A stretch of 64,000 nt of DNA from Octopus sinensis (GCF_006345805.1 NC_043014.1:17980001-18044000), one strand, 5' to 3'; numbered from the stretch's first letter, positions 26,865 to 40,270 are shown. The notes: generated from the letters alone by a model not told the origin. Made by a program: numbers and translations.

Positions 26865-27058
26865 TTTTGGCACAAGGCCAGAAAATTTGAGGCGAGTCGA
26901 TTACAGCGACCCCTGACCTCAGCTTGTAGTTATTTTATCGATCTCGAAAGGATGAAAGACAAAGTTGACCTCGGTGGAATTTGAACTCAAAAGTAAATGT
27001 GGAAAGAAATGGTGCTAAGCATTTTGTCCGGTGTAGATTCTACCACCTCCCCGCCTCC
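26865..27058 (-). mobile_element. SINE family A (another degenerate copy at ~26545-26700, plus strand)
   Basis: Reverse complement of the family A head and core. Confidence 0.75.
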
Positions 27059-27613
27059 AATACAGAAAATGATAATGGTAATAGTGCTACTGTTGCTGAT
27101 ATTAACGATGATAATGAGGTTTATGGTGATGATGAAAAGAACGATGAAAATGGCGGTGATGGTGGTGGTGGGGATGATGATGATGATGATGATGATGATT
27201 GTACACATCAATGAAAAACGTAATGAAGAGGTCAGAGCACAGTTGGCGGCCAATACGTATAACGACATTCTGGCATTGTCAGTGATTGCAGTTTTGCAAA
27301 GAATTAAGTACAGTTAAATGCAAAACACTTCAGTGCCTGAGTACAATATTGCTGATAATTAATTCTAACGATTGCCACAGATATGAGCAGAGTCTACGAC
27401 CTGGAAAGCATGAGCTCAGAAGGTGCAGTTGACGAAACTAAATCTTTCATGGCATTAGCTGTGTTAAGTCAGGCGCTCTTTTATTGCTACTCTTAATCTA
27501 TCATCAATCACTTGTAAGAGCTTAATAATATTTCATAAGATTGAGATGGGGGTGAAAAATAGAGATGACGGAATATAATTAGTAATTAACGGTTTAATTA
27601 TTTAATACATAGT

Positions 27614-27658
<45 letters not shown>

Positions 27659-28042
27659 TTGTATATGTGTATAAATATATACTTATATAACTATATATAT
27701 ACAATTATATGCATATACGTATACTTGCGTATATATATATATATATATATATACATGCATATATATACAGTTATCCATCTATCCGTACATACGTACAAAA
27801 GTACAAACACACACACACACAAGCACACACATACATATACTGTATATGAAGGCTAAGTGTGATTTGAGTATATATATATAGGCGCAGGCGTGGCTGTGTG
27901 GTGAGAAGCTTGCTTCTCAACCACATCGTTCTGAGTTCAGCCCCACTGCGTGGGACCTTGTGCAAGTGTCTTCTAATATAGCTTCGGGCCGATCAAAGCC
28001 TTGTGAGCGGATTTGGTAGACGGAAACTGAAAGAAGACCGTC

Positions 28043-28082
<40 letters not shown>

Positions 28083-28290
28083 GAGAAGGGTAGTAATATT
28101 ATTTACTACCAGGTGCCCAGCACAAAAGACGAATTAGTCATAAGACAAAAATATTATTCATATAGAAAAATATTATTCATGTAGTTATACAATTAAGGGC
28201 TCCTAAATAAAGATGCCGAGTGCTGGGAACACAAAAAGGGGATGAATTTATCGAGAGTGAAAATCAAAAACGTTCACCGATAACTTTAAC

Positions 28291-28366
28291 AACTCGTACC
28301 GCGGTTTCTGCTTCTTTCTAGCAAATAACAGAATATGTTTGCTAAGGCCAGCTTCATCAGCGAGTC
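28291..28366 (-). ncRNA. Minimal type I hammerhead ribozyme, copy 1
   Basis: GACUCG CUGAUGA A GCU...AGC A GAAA CCGCGG UA CGAGUU. 6-bp stem I, extended stem II, palindromic ACCGCGGU stem III, predicted cut after GUA. Confidence 0.85.
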
Positions 28367-28735
28367 GCCTAAATTTAATCGAGGTCTGCAGCGATGTGGG
28401 ACTATGTGTTGAACCCGACTACTAGCAGATCTTAACTTTTCAAATCTCTGCGCAGACGCAAAATTTACACGGGCATGCCGGGAAGAATTTTACGAATAAA
28501 TCCATCATGTAATATGCGAATATAAACGAGAAGGGTAGTAATATTATTTACTACCAGGTGCCCAGCACAAAAGACGAATTAGTCATAAGACAAAAATATT
28601 ATTCATATAGAAAAATATTATTCATGTAGTTATACAATTAAGGGCTCCTAAATAAAGATGCGCAGTGCTGGGAACACAAAAAGGGGATGAATTTATCGAG
28701 AGTGAAAATCAAAAACGTTTACCGATAACTTTAAC

Positions 28736-28811
28736 AACTCGTACCGCGGTTTCTGCTTCTTTCTAGCAAAACACAGAATATGTTTGCTAAGGCCAGCTTC
28801 ATCAGCGAGCC
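28736..28811 (-). ncRNA. Minimal type I hammerhead ribozyme, copy 2
   Basis: Same as copy 1 at +445. The stem I change A->G keeps pairing as G.U. Confidence 0.85.
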
Positions 28812-29234
28812 GCCTAAATTTAATCGAGGTCTGCAGCGATGTGGGACTATGTGTTGAACCCGACTACTAGCAGATCTTAACTTTTCAAATCTCTGCGCAG
28901 ACGCAAAATTTACACGGGCATGCCGGGAAGAATTTTACGAATAAATCCATCATGTAATATCCGAATGTAAACTACATGAATAATATTTTTCTATATGAAT
29001 AATATTTTTGTCTTATGACTAATTCGTCTTTTGTGCTGGGCACCTGGTAGTAAATAATATTACTACCCTTCTCGTTTATATTCGCATATTACATGATGGA
29101 TTTATTCGTAAAATTCTTCCCGGCATGCCCGTGTAAATTTTGCGTCTGCGTAGAGATTTGAAAAGTTAAGATCTGCTAGTAGTCGGGTTCAACACATAGT
29201 CCCACATCGCTGCAGACCTCGATTAAATTTAGGC

Positions 29235-29310
29235 GACTCGCTGATGAAGCTGGCCTTAGCTAACATATTCTGTGTTTTGCTAGAAAGAAGCAGAAACCGC
29301 GGTACGAGTT
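29235..29310 (+). ncRNA. Minimal type I hammerhead ribozyme, copy 3 (opposite strand)
   Basis: gactcg 29235-40, ctgatga 29241-47, gaaa 29293-96, ccgcgg 29297-302, ta 29303-04, cgagtt 29305-10. Confidence 0.85.
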
Positions 29311-29407
29311 GTTAAAGTTATCGGTAAACGTTTTTGATTTTCACTCTCGATAAATTCATCCCCTTTTTGTGTTCCCAGCACTCGGCATCTTTATTTAGGA
29401 GCCCTTA

Positions 29408-29449
<42 letters not shown>

Positions 29450-29683
29450 ATATATATATATTTGTGTGTGTCTGTGCTTGTCCCCTCACCATCGCTTGTC
29501 TCCTCACCATCGCTTGACGGTCGCTGTTGGTGTGTTTACGTCTCCATAACTTAGTAGTTCGGCAAAAGGGTCCGATAGAATAAGTACTAGGGGTCGTATT
29601 GTTCAACTAAAGAGGCGGTAATCCAGTATGGCCACAGTAAAGTGACTGAAACAAGTAAACGAATAAAGGAATAAAAGAATATG

Positions 29684-29730
<47 letters not shown>

Positions 29731-29757
29731 ATATATATATAATATATATATATATAT

Positions 29758-30145
29758 TATATAAAATCCGTTCTGTATGTGTGTCTTCTAGGATGATCTC
29801 GAGCATCCTCCATCCGCTTGAGCTCAAATTTGATATATAGATACCGACGTTGCCAGGGCGTGTATAAGTCTTGAAAAAATTACAAAAATCGATTCCAGGT
29901 GAGAATGCAATCGATAAAGCCGTGGGAACGTGCATTTGTACGAGCAAGTACACCAGCTGTTGCGATCGATATTACGCGTACGCGAGAAAAATGCACGTGC
30001 AGTTTGCGCAAAAAAAGCCGGCTGGCTTGAAATAATGCCACAAAATGGGACGGTCGGACAAGTTGTTTTGAGAATATTTGTTTTCAATGTTTGACAACTC
30101 AGCCCCATTCATTGGGCGGGGTGGGGGGGTTGGCATTTTGCTCAT
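29758..30145 (+). mobile_element. Helitron/DINE-like non-autonomous repeat (related copy at 40728-41105, minus)
   Basis: Both ends match the reverse complement of 40728-41105 but the middles differ. Starts in a TA tract with tatataaaatccgttctgt. Confidence 0.65.
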
Positions 30146-30859
30146 ATATATATATATGCTTAGTATACAAAATAGAGTTATGCCTTAACCTTAATGCCCA
30201 TTGGTGGCAGTGTTGCCTTTTTTGTAAACTCCATGAAGAATATTAGGTTCGAGTTCCTCCTGCAACTTCAATCGAAGTTCAATTTAACCTTTTTCTCTGA
30301 GAAGATATTACGCTAAAATACCAGTCACGGATCAGATTTGTATAATTAATTTTTTCTCTATCACTTACCCAGTGACATACTTAGAAATAATTATCAGCAT
30401 CAGCATCATCTTTTTATTGTTACTGCTAATATTAAGACCGATGAATGGAGGCCGCTTCTTTGGCACCCAGGTCACATTCCTAGCGCCCACCCAACTTACC
30501 ACCACAAACATAGACCTTCCTGAAGCTAATTCAAATTAGCTGCATTTCACAAATAAAACTTAACCTAATTAACCTATTATTTTGTTTTTACCGCAGTCTC
30601 CCCCTTTTGGCTACCCCATTACCATCCCACTTTTCTTCAACGTCCCCTTGAAACTTTCCACTGCCCCCTCCCTCACCGGGAGGGGGCGGTACCGCCCGCT
30701 TTCAGAACCGCTGCTGTAGAGCAATGGACAAATTTTTCCCTAGTTCACTTCAAGCTGCTGTTGACTATGCCTCTAATTCTTCCGAGGTCAATAAAATAAA
30801 TTGTCCGACAAGAACTATTCTACCTCTCAACTGTCTGGGCATGTTCGTAATATAGTAAG

Positions 30860-31060
30860 TAGCAGAATCGTTAGCGCGCTGAACAAACTACTTTGCAGGA
30901 TTTCATCCGCTTTAGGTTCTTAGTTTAAATTCCGCCGAGGTTCACTTTGCCTTTCATTCTTTCAGGGTCCCTAAAATGAGTACCTGGCAAATACTGGGGT
31001 CAATGTAATCGCTTTACTCTCCTCAAAAACTGATGAACCTGTGCCAAAATTTGAAATCTT
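30860..31060 (+). mobile_element. SINE family A, diverged
   Basis: Recognisable head and tttgcctttcat core. Confidence 0.7.
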
Positions 31061-31102
31061 TATTTTTAGTACGGCGGTGGGATGGCAGAATCGTTAGCGC
31101 CC

Positions 31103-31482
31103 CGGCTGTGTGACAAGAAGCTTGCTTCCCAACCACATGGTTCTGAGTTCAGTCACGCTGCTTGGCACCTTGCGCAAGTGCCTTCTACTCTAGCCTCGGG
31201 CCGACCAAGGCCTTGTGAGTGGATTTGGCAGACGGAAACTGAAAAGAAGCCTATCGTATATAAACATATGTATGTGTGTGTTGTCCTCTACCATCGCTTG
31301 ACAACCGGTGTAGGTGTACTTACGTTCTCGTAACTTAACGGTTCGGAAAAAGACACAGATAGCATAAGTACTAGGTTTAAAACCCAAAACGTACTGTAAT
31401 CGATTCATTCGACTAAAATATTCCTAGGCGGTGCCTCAGCATGGCCGCAGCAAAATTATTAAAACATATGAAAGAATAAAAG
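31103..31482 (+). mobile_element. SINE family B, preceded by a truncated family A head (31075-31102)
   Basis: Collinear with 49247-49643. Confidence 0.8.
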
Positions 31483-32264
31483 GATTCTATAATACAGAAA
31501 ATAATAGAGATCGCAAAAAGGCATGGCAGCTACGGTTGGAATGTGCAAAAAAGTTTATTTGAACAGGGCCAATGAAGAGCTAAACAAAAACAAACCCGCA
31601 AGAAACTTTTCCTGGCTGCTCGACAATTTACATATTGTAATTAAATATCTACTCAGACCAGATTCTACTATTTCATATAGGGAAAGATATATTCGACTAT
31701 GTAAATCCAAGGTAGACTATGTCCGAATAAAATACGAACTGGTCAAATTTAAAGAATAGTCCTGCACGATCATGGTTGATAAAAGGATTAAAAACAACAA
31801 TTATTATGGCAGAAACATGATCACATCAGTAAAAACGACAGCGACAGGCATAAAGAAGAAAAAAAACGGCAAAATAATTATCTAAAATATACGTTATAAG
31901 TTTAAATGATTGATGGAAATTTAATTAGATTAAGTTAAGTGATCAAGAATGTTAAAATGATCAAGTATGGTAATTTATCAAGTAGGTTTTGTGTTCCAAA
32001 TGAGATTAGGTTTCCCAAATAACAAAACAAATACAAAAATGCTAAGTAATCCTTAATAGGGGTACTTGTCTACCAGCTCCCACTACCTCGTATGTATGTA
32101 TGTATGTATGTATGTATGTATGTATGTATGTATGTATGTATGTATGTATGTATGTATATGTGTGTGTGTGTATATGTATATGTATATACATATACATACA
32201 ATCATGCACAAGCATATATATTAATATATGTATCTACGGGTGTACATGTTCATACTATATATAA

Positions 32265-32319
<55 letters not shown>

Positions 32320-33047
32320 TAAAGCATATGATATTCAGTACTTATGAATAATTTGTGTGTATGTTCTGGATTATAGCTACATAACTTTATATTCTGAATA
32401 TTATCCAGAATAAGGGAGAATAAATTCACCCACTTTGAGATCAGGATTTCTACCCTTCGATATTAAAATCTACTCTGAAAGCTCAGAATCATTCAGTGCG
32501 TTAGGAAGTCACTCATGTTGCCCGATGTCCCCTACGGAGTAAACAAGGAAAGAGACTAATTGTTCGACTAGTCATGGGAAGATTGGGCTGAGGTCAATGA
32601 TCTCGTTGGGTTGTTTATCCTGGATACGATTAAAAACATCACCTCACACAGTTTGTCACGGCACAGGTAACATGGCTTGGCAAGTTCAAGTTATATGATT
32701 GACCACGCCATAGATAAGTTCAGGAAAAAATTATATACATCTGCAAAGAATTAGGTTTCAGTATTAGTATGTTACTAGTGAGGCAACAAAGATCACCACA
32801 GGCGACAAAACAAAAGAGGATTCCCTGTACATATGCCAAAGGAGTAAAGTGCTTAAATCCATAAAAATTCCGTAGATATTTACAAGCGTGTGTGTGTGTG
32901 AGAGAGAGAGAGATTAAATTAGAGAACGAATGTTTATTATACAAATATATATATATATATATATAATAATAAATATTAGGGAATAAATCCAAATTTACAG
33001 GGAAAAATCAGATTTAGGATTGAATCCAATTTTATAGTAAAATATAA

Positions 33048-33170
33048 TATAATATTATTAGAGACAAAACCACTATTATGCAAATCAAACAAAGAAAGAC
33101 TTAATCCAATACATAAAAAATTTCTTTGTTTGATTTGCATAATAGTGGTTTTGTCTCTAATAATATTATA
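33048..33170. repeat. Perfect 50-bp inverted repeat with 23-nt spacer next to a TA tract
   Basis: 33048-33097 is the exact reverse complement of 33121-33170. Confidence 0.9.
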
Positions 33171-34245
33171 TATATATATATATGTATGTATGTATATAAC
33201 ACGTACACACATGCGCACACGCGTATATTCCTAACTTCTTAAAAAATATAAAATATAAAAGAATGAAAGAACATCGACTTGTAAGACATGGCACCCACGA
33301 ATCATTCAAATAAAGTATTTTATCTGTGTATTTTATTTATTTATTTTTCATAAGAAGAACCATATTTCGTATTGCGTTAATTAAATACACTATGTCGGTA
33401 AAAATGGGGATGATCATGGCATAAACACACTCAAACATATACATACACATATTATCAGAAACCCTACGTAAAGCTACTCATTTAACCAATGTGTCGATTG
33501 GGCATATATCGGCTTCGGCTCTCACGTCCAGAGCCAGGGTGGCTTGGCTGAGTCTGGATGATAACGGTTAAAAATGCTTGCCGTGTGTCTTCATAATTGC
33601 AAATGGTCTTTAACAGTTCATTTGCCTCATTGCGTCGCAGAGAACTTCCCTCCAAAAAGTTTTCTTTCCTTTCATTTTTTTTCTTTGTTACAAAATAATA
33701 CTTCTCAAGTATATTGAGTAAATTTACATGTTATTTTTAGATTAGCAAAAATAAATAAATATTTGATAAATGAGTAAATGTAAAAATAAAGCAAAAATTT
33801 AAAATATGCCAGTAGTATCCGCGTGTGTGCTCTATGACATTAGAATTAGAAAAGGTAGCAATACCCAAGCAACTCTCACACTTTTTACAAACTTTAAAAG
33901 AGTTTCTTTCATGACATGTTACTTAAAGACTCATACCTTGGAAATTAGAAAAAATAAAAAAGAGATCTTTGAGATTTCTGAAAAGCCAGGACAGAATCTC
34001 AACTCGCCGTAATAAAAGGATAACATTGCTATAGCGTGACAGTGCTAGTTAAATCGGAACGTACGATAACCTCATGCATACATGTACAAATATATGTATG
34101 TATGTGTCTGTGTATGTATGTATGCATTCATGAATATATGCATGATCGGTTAAAATTTAAATGCATTCGCAAGCATAACTTAAGATAGCAATTGTAAGTA
34201 ATTCTAAATACATCCATGCACACACATCCAACATACATGAACATG

Positions 34246-34393
<148 letters not shown>

Positions 34394-34396
34394 ATA

Positions 34397-35599
34397 TTAG
34401 GTTGTTCCCAAAATAATGGCCGATTTCAGAAACATGATTTTATTCTGGAAAAATTAACAATAAAAATGTCTTGATTAGTGAAAGTATGAGCTGTGAACAT
34501 CTATGCGCCTCTGCCATCGATCAACGAGATTATTTATTATGATAAAAACTTATTGGCTTTGATGCTTTGAAAGCTGATTCCATTTCTAGTTTGGACCTGA
34601 AAGTTTTATAACTTAAAACCGTGTTTAAATGCAAAAAAAATCGTAGTCAGTGGATGAAAGATCAGGAGAATTTGGAGGATGTGGTAAAGTCTCGTTTCCC
34701 ATGTTTGTGAGTTTCTGCAGCGTCATTATTGCAACATGTCGCCTTGCATTATCGTGAAGCAGAACTGACCACGCCGATTCGCCAATGCAGGTCTCATTTT
34801 TTGCAAGTGAGCATGCGTTTCAGCGAGTCGGTTGCAGTAAAATTCTGCTGTAATGCAGATTGACTTCCAGAAAGCTGTAATGGGCAACACCAATTGAGAA
34901 CTGTTTGGGGGACTCATCACGATCAGGCCATTTACCTGATCGTTTACGGTTATCGTAAAGGATCCACTCTTCGTCACATTCGGTCAAGAAAAGGATCATT
35001 GGTGTTTCGCAGAAAGAGCATCGAGTACACTTTAAAACGCCGAACTTTTTGATTTTCATTGAGCTCATGCGGTACTCATTTATCCAGCTTTTTCACCTTA
35101 CGAATCTTCTGCAGATTACGTGAGACCGTTGTAATACCGACACCAAGTACCTGAAACATTTCTCTGACAGTTTTGACGTGGGTTTTGTTAAATAATTGCT
35201 TTCAATTGTTCATTGCCACGACTGCATGAACATCTTCTACCTTCTTCTTTTTCAAGGCTCGCATCGCCACTAGGAAATTTCTGAAACTACCATCGTACCG
35301 TGCGATCACTTGTGGACCCCTCTCCCCATGCTATGTTGATATTGGCAGCAGTTTGGGAAGCATTGCACCCAAGCTTGAACACATAAAAGAAAAGTAAACG
35401 GAGGTCCTTATTTGTCATGTTCATAATTAAAGGCGCCTATGCTTCAATAATGTTTTCTGTTTGAAATAAGTAGAAAATTATTAAAGAGCATACATCAATT
35501 ATTAAGTATGTCAAAATTCACATAAAATAAAATAAAATACAATGATAAAATTGCGTTTCAAAACACAACACTTAGAGCGGCCATTATTTTCGGAACAAC
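34397..35599 (-). mobile_element. Full-length degenerate mariner (DD34D, Hsmar1/SETMAR-like) transposon
   Basis: TIRs ttaggttgttcccaaaataatggccg / cggccattattttcggaacaac. Transposase relic from ATG at 35418 (MTNKDLRLLFFYVFKLG...), with CDEEW, LHDNARRH and HPPNSPDLSSTDY motifs, stops and frameshifts. Confidence 0.9.
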
Positions 35600-35612
35600 A
35601 ACAACAACAACA

Positions 35613-35688
<76 letters not shown>

Positions 35689-35836
35689 ATATAGTATATG
35701 TATATTGTATATATATATAAATATTACATATATATTACACCCACCCACACTCATATGTATATTTATATATATGTGTGTGTGTATATATACATATTTATAT
35801 TATATATATATGTATATGTATATACATATTTATATT

Positions 35837-35883
<47 letters not shown>

Positions 35884-36413
35884 ATACATACATACATAAA
35901 TACACACACACACACGCACTTATCCGGCTACTCATACACAACTAAATTTGCTTCTTTTACACCTGCCATCGGTCTAATTACCATTACAACAATACAAGAG
36001 ATCAGCTTACTTAACTTGCTTAGTTGACTGACTTAACTCACTCGCTGACTGAATGACGATATATGTAATTGTCTGAGAACCACAAGAGTTCAACATAAAA
36101 TAAAATAAAATGTAAAAACACATCAGCCGTCTGATCAAAGAGCGAATTACCGAATAGCAAGGATCTAAAGACAAACAAATAACAACAACAGCCGCAGCAG
36201 TAGCATCATCAGCAGCAGCAGCAACAGCAAGGGAAACACCAAATGTGTGGCTAATATTATAGGTGCTTATTTCTCACACATTATACGCAGAATATAGTCT
36301 CCCCATCAGTAATTATTGTTGCTTTCTTAAATTCATCATCAAAATCATCACCATTATCAACACCATGTTCACAACCGTGGCCTTTGTTATAATTATTAAA
36401 ACATTAAAGCATT

Positions 36414-36444
<31 letters not shown>

Positions 36445-36450
<6 letters not shown>

Positions 36451-36622
36451 GTTTCAAATTTTTCCACAAGGGCAACTATTTTGCGGGAGGAGACGAGTCG
36501 ATTACATCTACCCCAGTGTTCAACTGGTACTTATCGACCCCGAAATGGTGAAAGGTAAAATCGTCCTCGGTGTAATTTGAACTGAGAACGTGTGCTAAGG
36601 ATACTGCCAGCTCACCGCCTTA
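36445..36622 (-). mobile_element. SINE family A
   Basis: Reverse complement of family A. Confidence 0.7.
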
Positions 36623-36739
36623 ATAATAATAACGCATTACTAATTTTTGTGGTTAATGAAGATATTATTGCTGTAGTTTGGGCGTTTGGCATCTAGAATG
36701 TTGCCAGGTACTCACTGCATTCTGGCGGCTGGACAAGGC

Positions 36740-37345
36740 CGTTTGCAGGAAAATAACTCAGGATTTCTGTAGGGGACTAGTTGCACAATGATGGCCTAGG
36801 ATTGACCCTGGGCATCGACGGGAACAGTCCGGGTGGTATCTTCTGGGGGACTTTTATATCAAAGACCACAGACAATTTCCAAAGGTCTTTGGTATGGGAA
36901 TACTACAGGGTAGAATTGCTTCTTCAAGACAAGCATTTCAGGTATGGAAGCGCCAGCAACTGCAACTGTCCGCAATGGATGCAGAGGGGCGATACTGTTT
37001 TGCATGCAATCGTTCAGTGTTCGGACATTAGCGACTGGCGGGCCTGTCTCTTTTAAGACAAATCCAGCTGTCCGTCAAGTGTGAAAACTGACCCCCCTCC
37101 ACCTTCGTTTGAGAGAGAAGAGTGATCTTTCTCTGCTTCGTAGCTATGGCAAAAGAAGCTGTGTGGTGGACCCGTCTGAAAGGTTTGAAGACATGTATGT
37201 TCCTATCTGGCCAAGCTCTCATCAATTTCTTCAAATATCATTTGAAGAGGAAAGTGGGGTTAGAGAGGGAGGTGCTACCTTCAAGTGTGCTTATCAAAAG
37301 GTGAGCGAAAATAGCAACACTGATGAGGGATAGCAAAATAATCCG
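36740..37345 (+). mobile_element. 3' end of an L1/Tx1-like LINE ORF2 (zf-RVT region), frameshifted
   Basis: SLVWEYYR...CP...DTVLHAIVQC, and AMAKEAVWWTRLKG...FFKYHLKRKV in an adjacent frame. Confidence 0.7.
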
Positions 37346-38177
37346 GAACGTTTTGTGTGGGGTTTACTCTGAATGACCTAAAGTGGATTACCCAGCTATT
37401 GAAGATTCTATTAATTAAATATTTATTGTTAATTTTTATCTTTCTATTTTTTTTTGCCATATCCTTACTATTGTAGTGTCACCTCTCAATAGATTTAAAA
37501 CCTATGTATATGGCCAATAAAAGAAATCATCCTCCTCCTCATCATCATCATCATCATTAAGGGAATTAATATTGTTATTGGTGCTGTTATTGTTATTTTG
37601 GGTGATATATTGGAAAGAACGATAAACAGAAATGCCTTGCGGTGTTCGCTTAGATGGTGTTGTTTTATGTTGTGTGTTGAAAGGCAGCTCAGGTCAATTC
37701 TGTCTTTGATGCCTTCCGGATGCTGACACAATAAATACTGGCGAGAGTTTAAATTTGCTTTCACCGATGATTGTATTGTGCTTAGAAATTCATGACCCTG
37801 TGCCAGTGCAAGAAATGATTTTTATTAGCCTAGAGGCAGCGAGAATCGTTAGCTCGCCGGATCAACTGCTCAGCGGCAATTTTACTTATACGTGTGTTTG
37901 TTTGTGTGTACGTATGTACACACACACATACATACATATATATATATATGCATACACAAATAAATATAAATATATATATAATTATTTTTATATATATATA
38001 TATACATACATACACCCTCACACACACACACACACACACACATACATATATATATGTAGGATGTACGTACTAAAAATTAATATAAGCAGCTAGGCACAAT
38101 GTAATACCATAAAAGGAATACTTTAATCGCTGCTAAATGTGTGTGACTATGTACGTATATTTATATATATGTATATA

Positions 38178-38310
<133 letters not shown>

Positions 38311-38754
38311 GTATGTGTGTGTGTGTGTGTGTAAATATGCATGTATATCATCCAGCCTTAGCGAATGTTATTGTTTTTTTTTATTTATTTATTTAAAAAA
38401 AATTTTAATGTTATTGTTTTGCGGATAACTGGATTTGTAGTGAACCGAATTCGCATATTAGCGGATAAATTACGAAGTTTAACAGTAGCAAGTTAATGTG
38501 CATATTTTACGCATGTACATTTTGTGTTCACAGAATTTTCTTACAATTGTTTGACTAACGCTTCCTGGGACTTTTGAATTGCCTTAGTCTGGTGGTTCTC
38601 AGCCTTTCGTTATCTCTTTTTACTGAATGTTCGTTTATAAAAGCCCCGTCCCGATGATCTTCACGGCAACCCTGTCCCCACAAAACAGCAGAATATTTTA
38701 ATCCAATAGAAGCTAATTTTATGTATTAATATAGTATCCATAACCTCTCATGAA

Positions 38755-39072
38755 TGCGCATAGCTCAGTGGTTAGGATATTTGACTGACAGTCTTTGGGT
38801 CGTGAGTTCGATTCTTAGCGGCGTGTTGTGTCTTTGAGAAACCACTTTATTTCACGTTGCTCCAGTTCACTCAGCTGACGAAAATGAGTAGTACCTATAA
38901 TTCAAAGAGCCAGGTTTATCACATTCTGTGTCACAGTGAATCACCCCGAGAACTACATTAAGGGTACACGTATCTGTGGAGAGCTTAGCCGCTTGCACGT
39001 TAATTTCACGATTGGGCTGTTCAGTTGATCGTTTCAACTGGAAACCTCGTCGTCGTAACCGACAGAGTACAG
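38755..39072 (+). mobile_element. tRNA-derived SINE family C
   Basis: gcgcatagctcagtggttagg A box and gagttcgattc B box. Matches 18850-19145. Confidence 0.85.
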
Positions 39073-39544
39073 TTTCTTTTCCCTCATATTAACTTATCCA
39101 CCTCTTGCGTCTTTTTAGATATCACACATGAAAATTATCAAAGAAGGCGAGGAGTTACATAATTCAATTATATCAGATCTTGGCATATCATGAGTCATAC
39201 TTCCCTCACTGATAACATAATGTCCTTCTCATATTCAAATACCAAAATAAATTCTTTAAAAGTTGGATAGCATATGCACAGGCATGGCTCTGTGGTTGAA
39301 ATACTTGCTTTGCAACTACGTCAGCTTTGTTTGGGCTAACATCTTTTATTATAGTCCTGGGTTGGCCTTGGTTAGATGGAAAATGCGTGGAAGTCCGTCG
39401 AATGTATCTATGTATGTATTTATGTATGCGTGTGAATGTATGTATGCGTGTGCATGTATGTATGTATGTATGTATGTATGTATGTATGTATGTATGTATG
39501 TATGTATGTATGTATGTATGTATCTATCTATCTATCTATCTATG

Positions 39545-39745
39545 TCTGCTCCTTGCAGAATTTGATCTCTTCCAGTAACTATGACTACTCTTTCCCTATG
39601 TGCGTTCTTAAATGAATTCTGACTTCTGAATGTTGTTTGAAGAGCTAATTGCACATATTGCAATAATATGTAATTCCATTTCATTGGATCCATTTTCCGC
39701 TTATCTATTATCAATGTTCAGGTGTTTCTTCAACCGTCCACGTGA
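39545..39745 (-). pseudogene. Degenerate C2H2 zinc-finger-like fragment, probably a LINE 3' end (paralog of 42640-42900)
   Basis: Minus strand YYCNMCN*LFKQHSEVRIHLRTHIGKE and SRGRLKKHL. Nucleotide similarity to 42640-42900. Confidence 0.5.
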
Positions 39746-39747
39746 AT

Positions 39748-39838
39748 ACATACATACATACGTACGTACGTACGTACGTACATACATACATACATACATA
39801 CATACATACATACATACATACATACATACATACATACA

Positions 39839-39870
<32 letters not shown>

Positions 39871-40130
39871 CATACATACATACTACATACATACATACAT
39901 ACATACATACATAACATACATACATACATACATACATACATACATACATACATACATACATACATACATACATACATACATACATACATACATCATACAT
40001 ACATACATACATACATACATACATACATACATACAACATACATACATACATACATACATACATACATACATACATACATACATACATACATACATACATA
40101 CATACATACATACATACATACATACATACA
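39748..40130. repeat. (ACAT)n microsatellite
   Basis: Direct reading. Confidence 0.98.
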
Positions 40131-40270
40131 TGAATGAATGAATGAATGAATGAATGAATGAATGAATGAATGAATGAATGAATGTTCGTCCTTCGGGTTC
40201 GAAGATGACCACTGACATCATCTGGTGGAACTGCCGCTATGAGACCGGAAGTGGCTGGTGAGGCCAATCC
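40131..40270 (-). mobile_element. Extreme 3' end of an RTE-like LINE with an (ATTC)n tail
   Basis: Minus strand IGLTSHFRSH* terminal motif, short UTR, then (ATTC)n. Confidence 0.6.

Larger units (their letters stand above)
28076..29415. mobile_element. Retrozyme-like element: two head-to-tail 445-bp units (minus sense) plus one circularly permuted inverted unit (plus sense)
   Basis: a=28076-28185, b=28186-28520, a=28521-28630, b=28631-28965, then rc(a)=~28970-29080 and rc(b)=29081-29415. Only a few substitutions between copies. No ORF >=60 aa in the track. Confidence 0.92.
27881..29682 (+). mobile_element. SINE family B split by the 445-bp-unit element inserted in its internal (TA)n
   Basis: 5' half 27881-28045 (ggcgcaggcgtggctgtgtgg...gaagaccgtcg) and 3' half ~29460-29682 are collinear with the uninterrupted copy at 49247-49643. 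Confidence 0.85.

Noticed and set aside
28076-29415. CRISPR array or ordinary MITE interpretation of the 445-bp repeats
   Set aside because: There is no repeat-spacer alternation and the context is eukaryotic. The inverted copy is a permuted whole unit rather than terminal inverted repeats.
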